Assembly (NCBI GenBank): GCA_019057375.1
Contig: DXJF01000106.1
Coordinates: 1 to 16,277, forward strand
DNA length: 16,277 nucleotides
Source of the DNA: Candidatus Heimdallarchaeota archaeon
GTDB lineage: Archaea > Asgardarchaeota > Heimdallarchaeia > Heimdallarchaeales > Heimdallarchaeaceae
Direction of reading: 5' to 3'
Below the pieces are notes generated by a model that made no database searches, was not told where the DNA came from, and was given only the letters and a program-made list of their open reading frames with translations. A program made the position numbers and the translations under genes. Shown piece by piece: positions 13,184 through 16,277 of this stretch (its first letter is position 1; each line of letters begins with the position of its first letter).

Positions 13184-15109
13184 TTAAAGATGAAAATATT
13201 GAAGAAGTAGGAATTTTAGAGAAAGGAATCTGTAAACCTGATTTGTCTTTCTCAAAAGAATCAATACTTCTAATGGACTTTGATTATACCAACTGAAAAC
13301 AACTACTGATTTTTCGTTATCAATTGTGATTTCCTCGAAATAGAGTGATAATGGTGATGCAAAATCAAACGAGAAAGGTACTAAGGAATTATAATTAGTC
13401 ATTGGAAGAGTAATCTTGGAACCATTTGTGTAAATAGTATTATTAGCAACATAAGTTGTTGAATTTGCCCATAATGGATCTCCAGTATTAGGATTAGATT
13501 CGAATCTAGGATAGTTAGAACTAGATATGTCTATACGTAATTTGTGACCTTCATTAAATAAATAAGCTGTACTATCAAGTTTCAAGTTTATTTCATAAAT
13601 AGAACCTGGTGTAAGAAAGTCCCAGTCTGATAAACTATTTCTATTTCTTGATCTAATGATTGTGTCAGAAATAATCATAGACCTATTATCAGGATAGACA
13701 TCAATTAGTTTGACAGTAAAATCAGTATCTGTACAATTTGAACTAACATAAAGAGTAACTTCAATTTGTCCTACAACAGCTTCTGGTTGTGTAATTGTAG
13801 ACGTAGTAAATCTCAAAATGTCATCTCTGGCATCTAATGGTTGTTGATCATATATCCCTGCAGGAGTAGCTAAATTTCCTCCACCTATAGTTTGAACAGG
13901 ATCATTAGGATCATACAAATACCACAAACTGTCAGTAGTTGATTCACTTGATGTGGGAAGACTTGCAGCAGGAATGTATGGTGGTGGAATCAAACTTAGG
14001 TTTGAATACATATATAGATCAAATGGTATAGACCAAATTGGCCAAGATGATGCTTGATACCAGTTATTAGCAAGATGGCCTGGATTATACTCCAAGGAAC
14101 TCATGAGATAAAACATAACTGGAGGTAACATGTCCCAGATAGAAGAATTATCTAATAACCATTTTTCAAAAACAGCATTAGTTGCTTTAATAACTATTCC
14201 AGGATCTTGATGAGGAAAGAATATATCTCCAGTTCGAACTCCAAACATTCCAGCGTGCACCCATGGTCCCATGATCAGTTTAGCATTCCCAGCTGCCCCT
14301 GTTCCTCCTTCAGTTTGATAACCTGTAAATGCATCAATTGTATTTTGAGAGAAGATATCATACCAACCTCCCATGTGAATTGAAGCTGCGTTAATGTCTG
14401 AATAATTATTTTCAATATTCCCTTCTTTCCATATTCCTCCATACTTTTCATTCGTTTGTAGTAAATCGAAAGTTGTTTCAGGAAAACCATTAGCTTCAGT
14501 CCAAGGGATAATAAGCTCATTTCTCAATTGACCTCCTGTAAAAGCTGTAGAGTAAACATTAGGTGCTGCAACAATAGGGAATTGACAAACTAAAGATTCA
14601 GGAGCATTAGGTGCCATAAGATATTGAGCTATACCTAAAGCTGATAATCCCCAGGTACCGATTTTACCATTACACCAAGGTTGGTCTGTAATCCAATTTA
14701 GAGTGTCGTGACCATCTGTTTGTTCCGAGATAAAGGGTAAAGATAATTCTCCTTCAGAAGCATAGAATCCTCGAAAATCCTGCAAAACGACGATTATTCC
14801 TGTTTCTGCATAATAAGCAAGTGAACTAAGTGCATTCTTATTATACGGGGTTCTAGCAAAAATTACTGGTTTAGATTCGTTAATGTAAAGAGGTAAGTAA
14901 ACATCAGTAGCTAACCTAATTTTATCTCTCATCGGAATCATATAAGTAATTTTAGCATAATGATCATAAAAAGTGCTATTAGCTGGATAATCCCATTGAA
15001 ATAATTCAGAATGTGGAGCTTTTTTAGGGATGAAAATAACGAGAAGTGTAGTTGAAGTAGCAACAATGATTATTGAAGAAAAGATTAGAGCGACTAATTT
15101 AGTTTTCAC
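13184..15109 (-). CDS. CocE/NonD family (S15-like) serine hydrolase with an N-terminal signal or membrane anchor
   Basis: 641 aa, GTG start, hydrophobic residues 5-27. Motifs MRDKIRLATDVYLP, RTPYNK, QDFRG..SEG, WITDQPWCNGKIGTWGLSALG (Ser), GGWYD (Asp), GPWVH (His), TDFTVKLIDVYPD and GHKLRIDISSSNYPRFESNPNTG. Confidence 0.92.
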   Translation of the reverse strand: MKTKLVALIFSSIIIVATSTTLLVIFIPKKAPHSELFQWDYPANSTFYDHYAKITYMIPMRDKIRLATDVYLPLYINESKPVIFARTPYNKNALSSLAYYAETGIIVVLQDFRGFYASEGELSLPFISEQTDGHDTLNWITDQPWCNGKIGTWGLSALGIAQYLMAPNAPESLVCQFPIVAAPNVYSTAFTGGQLRNELIIPWTEANGFPETTFDLLQTNEKYGGIWKEGNIENNYSDINAASIHMGGWYDIFSQNTIDAFTGYQTEGGTGAAGNAKLIMGPWVHAGMFGVRTGDIFFPHQDPGIVIKATNAVFEKWLLDNSSIWDMLPPVMFYLMSSLEYNPGHLANNWYQASSWPIWSIPFDLYMYSNLSLIPPPYIPAASLPTSSESTTDSLWYLYDPNDPVQTIGGGNLATPAGIYDQQPLDARDDILRFTTSTITQPEAVVGQIEVTLYVSSNCTDTDFTVKLIDVYPDNRSMIISDTIIRSRNRNSLSDWDFLTPGSIYEINLKLDSTAYLFNEGHKLRIDISSSNYPRFESNPNTGDPLWANSTTYVANNTIYTNGSKITLPMTNYNSLVPFSFDFASPLSLYFEEITIDNEKSVVVFSWYNQSPLEVLILLRKTNQVYRFLSLKFLLLQYFHL

Positions 15110-15127
15110 AAATTAAAGTAATATTGG

Positions 15128-15136
15128 TTTAATATA
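15128..15136 (-). promoter_or_regulatory. Candidate TATA box with an A-rich BRE-like upstream run for the CocE/NonD gene
   Basis: The minus strand reads AAAAAAA-TATATTAAA, ending 18 nt before the GTG at 15109, which is compatible with a leaderless transcript. Confidence 0.3.
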
Positions 15137-15162
15137 TTTTTTTGGTCTACTTTTTTTTCTAA

Positions 15163-15891
15163 TTATTCATAGCATTTAGAGATTTCTTCATAGAGTTCAT
15201 CTTTCTTGGCAATAATTAATCCTAACCACATAACAAAGTCCAAGAGATACTTTCTAACAGGTTCACCTAGATTTTCATTAATTGCCATTTCTATATTTTC
15301 TGTTGTAGTTGATTCCATGTTTTTAATCATTTCTTGATTGTTTATTTCGTACATATTTATTAGAAATCTCTCAAAACGCTCTTCGTTGAGTTTACGACCA
15401 GGAAACTGGTTATTCAAAACATTTCCAACGAAACGAGTTACCGATATCCTTTGTCTAAGAATTTCTTTATCTTCCGTTTCATCAAATAGTATAGTTTCTC
15501 CCAATAGAAGAAAGAATTTAGCAGTAGTTCCAAAAGTTGTTTCTGAGACAATTTTAGTACTCCCATCTTCTTGAAATTCTTTGTATAATATTTTACCAGC
15601 TTCCTCAACCATACCTTCGTCTTTTAAAGCTTTCAAATATCGGTAAATTGTCTTAACTGATTTTTCTTGAGATTTCTTTTTACTCCTTGAATCTACAATA
15701 ATCCAGTTTTCAAATTCTTCAGATATTCTTTTAATTGTTAGTGGTCCTTTCTGTGATAAAATTTGTCTCAGAAATTTAAGATTTTTATCATTAAAAACAG
15801 TTTTATCATCTGAACTATAAATGTGTTTAACAGCAACTGGTTTTTCTGAAGATATTTGGGTTTCTGTTAGAAATTCTCTTTTCTTTTTCAT
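15163..15891 (-). CDS. Winged helix-turn-helix (ArsR-like) transcriptional regulator with a C-terminal helical domain
   Basis: LKFLRQILSQKGPLTIKRISEEF..KSVKTIYRYLKALKDEGMVEEAG..ETTFGTTAK is an HTH plus wing pattern. Confidence 0.8.
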   Translation of the reverse strand: MKKKREFLTETQISSEKPVAVKHIYSSDDKTVFNDKNLKFLRQILSQKGPLTIKRISEEFENWIIVDSRSKKKSQEKSVKTIYRYLKALKDEGMVEEAGKILYKEFQEDGSTKIVSETTFGTTAKFFLLLGETILFDETEDKEILRQRISVTRFVGNVLNNQFPGRKLNEERFERFLINMYEINNQEMIKNMESTTTENIEMAINENLGEPVRKYLLDFVMWLGLIIAKKDELYEEISKCYE

Positions 15892-16121
15892 TTTTGTTAC
15901 ACTTGATGTAAATGAGTTCTCATTGTTGTAAGAATATTATTCTTATCGCTGAGAGGTTCTATTGGACATTTATAAATATGGTGCTCTTTGGTTAACCCTT
16001 AGATTTTGCTTTAGACTACGTATTTGAATTTAATAGGTGTATTAAGTTTTCTCGATGTTATGAGAACTCAATCTTATTCACGTAAGTTTTTTAAGTGCTT
16101 ACCATTTGGAGATATTATATT

Positions 16122-16226
16122 GTGAGTCAAAGAGCTTACTCTCTAACAATTATAGGAAGTTTTAACTTGTTTCCAATGTATTATTTCGAAGATGGTTACG
16201 AAGAAGATGAAATAGAAGATAACTAA
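16122..16226 (+). CDS. Possible small protein with an acidic C-terminal tail
   Basis: My translation from GTG 16122: MSQRAYSLTIIGSFNLFPMYYFEDGYEEDEIEDN*. GGAGA lies at 16108-16112 and an alternative ATG at 16176. It is below the ORF track cutoff and could be chance. Confidence 0.25.
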   Translation: MSQRAYSLTIIGSFNLFPMYYFEDGYEEDEIEDN

Positions 16227-16277
16227 TATCTTCCTTTTTATCACTTTTCTATTTACAGTATGAAATATATTCTAAAT

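Noticed and set aside
13174-13296. Stop-free + strand frame IGSFKDENIEEVGILEKGICKPDLSFSKESILLMDFDYTN* after the HgcAB-like gene
   Set aside because: It has no plausible start codon at its 5' end, overlaps the convergent CocE tail, and matches no family I recognise.
14620-14660. GLSAL instead of GxSY at the CocE nucleophile as a sign of inactivation
   Set aside because: The residue after Ser contributes mainly its backbone amide to the oxyanion hole. The RTPY Tyr, the Asp and the His are intact.
2037-15574. Short overlapping ORFs in the track (2037-2252, 3275-3472, 3684-3878, 5560-5928, 6867-7109, 7209-7430, 7449-7634, 8025-8324, 10764-10973, 14275-14520, 15338-15574)
   Set aside because: All lie mostly antisense to, or out of frame within, well-supported genes and show no recognisable motifs. 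They are treated as shadow ORFs.
1-16277. CRISPR array, tRNA or rRNA genes
   Set aside because: I saw no regularly spaced repeats and no GC-rich cloverleaf or rRNA-like segment. The intergenic regions are short and AT-rich.

Overview
AT-rich, gene-dense prokaryotic window that looks archaeal. A Ras-like small GTPase, an eIF-2B-family gene, TATA-like boxes and an extended wHTH regulator suggest an Asgard archaeon, but this is inference. Left to right: the 3' end of an M42 peptidase; nadA-nadC on the minus strand, divergent from an NAD-kinase-like/wHTH fusion with degenerate catalytic motifs; a small GTPase, two unknown ORFs and a compact serine recombinase preceded by an array of inverted AAGGTT/AACCTT half-sites; an eIF-2B alpha/beta/delta-family gene; an alpha/beta hydrolase divergent from a DMT/NIPA-like transporter; an MtaD-like deaminase and an AmmeMemoRadiSam radical SAM enzyme, divergent from a class I SAM methyltransferase (CpaM-like) coupled to an HgcAB-like corrinoid/membrane/ferredoxin fusion; a CocE/NonD hydrolase; and a wHTH regulator. 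I saw no rRNA, tRNA or CRISPR array. The three best leads are (1) a possible NAD-sensing pseudokinase regulator of nadAC, (2) an HgcAB-like corrinoid methylation module of unknown substrate in a SAM-enzyme neighbourhood, and (3) a recombinase-associated cassette next to the GTPase with a candidate att/res site. All motif calls were made by eye, without database searches.
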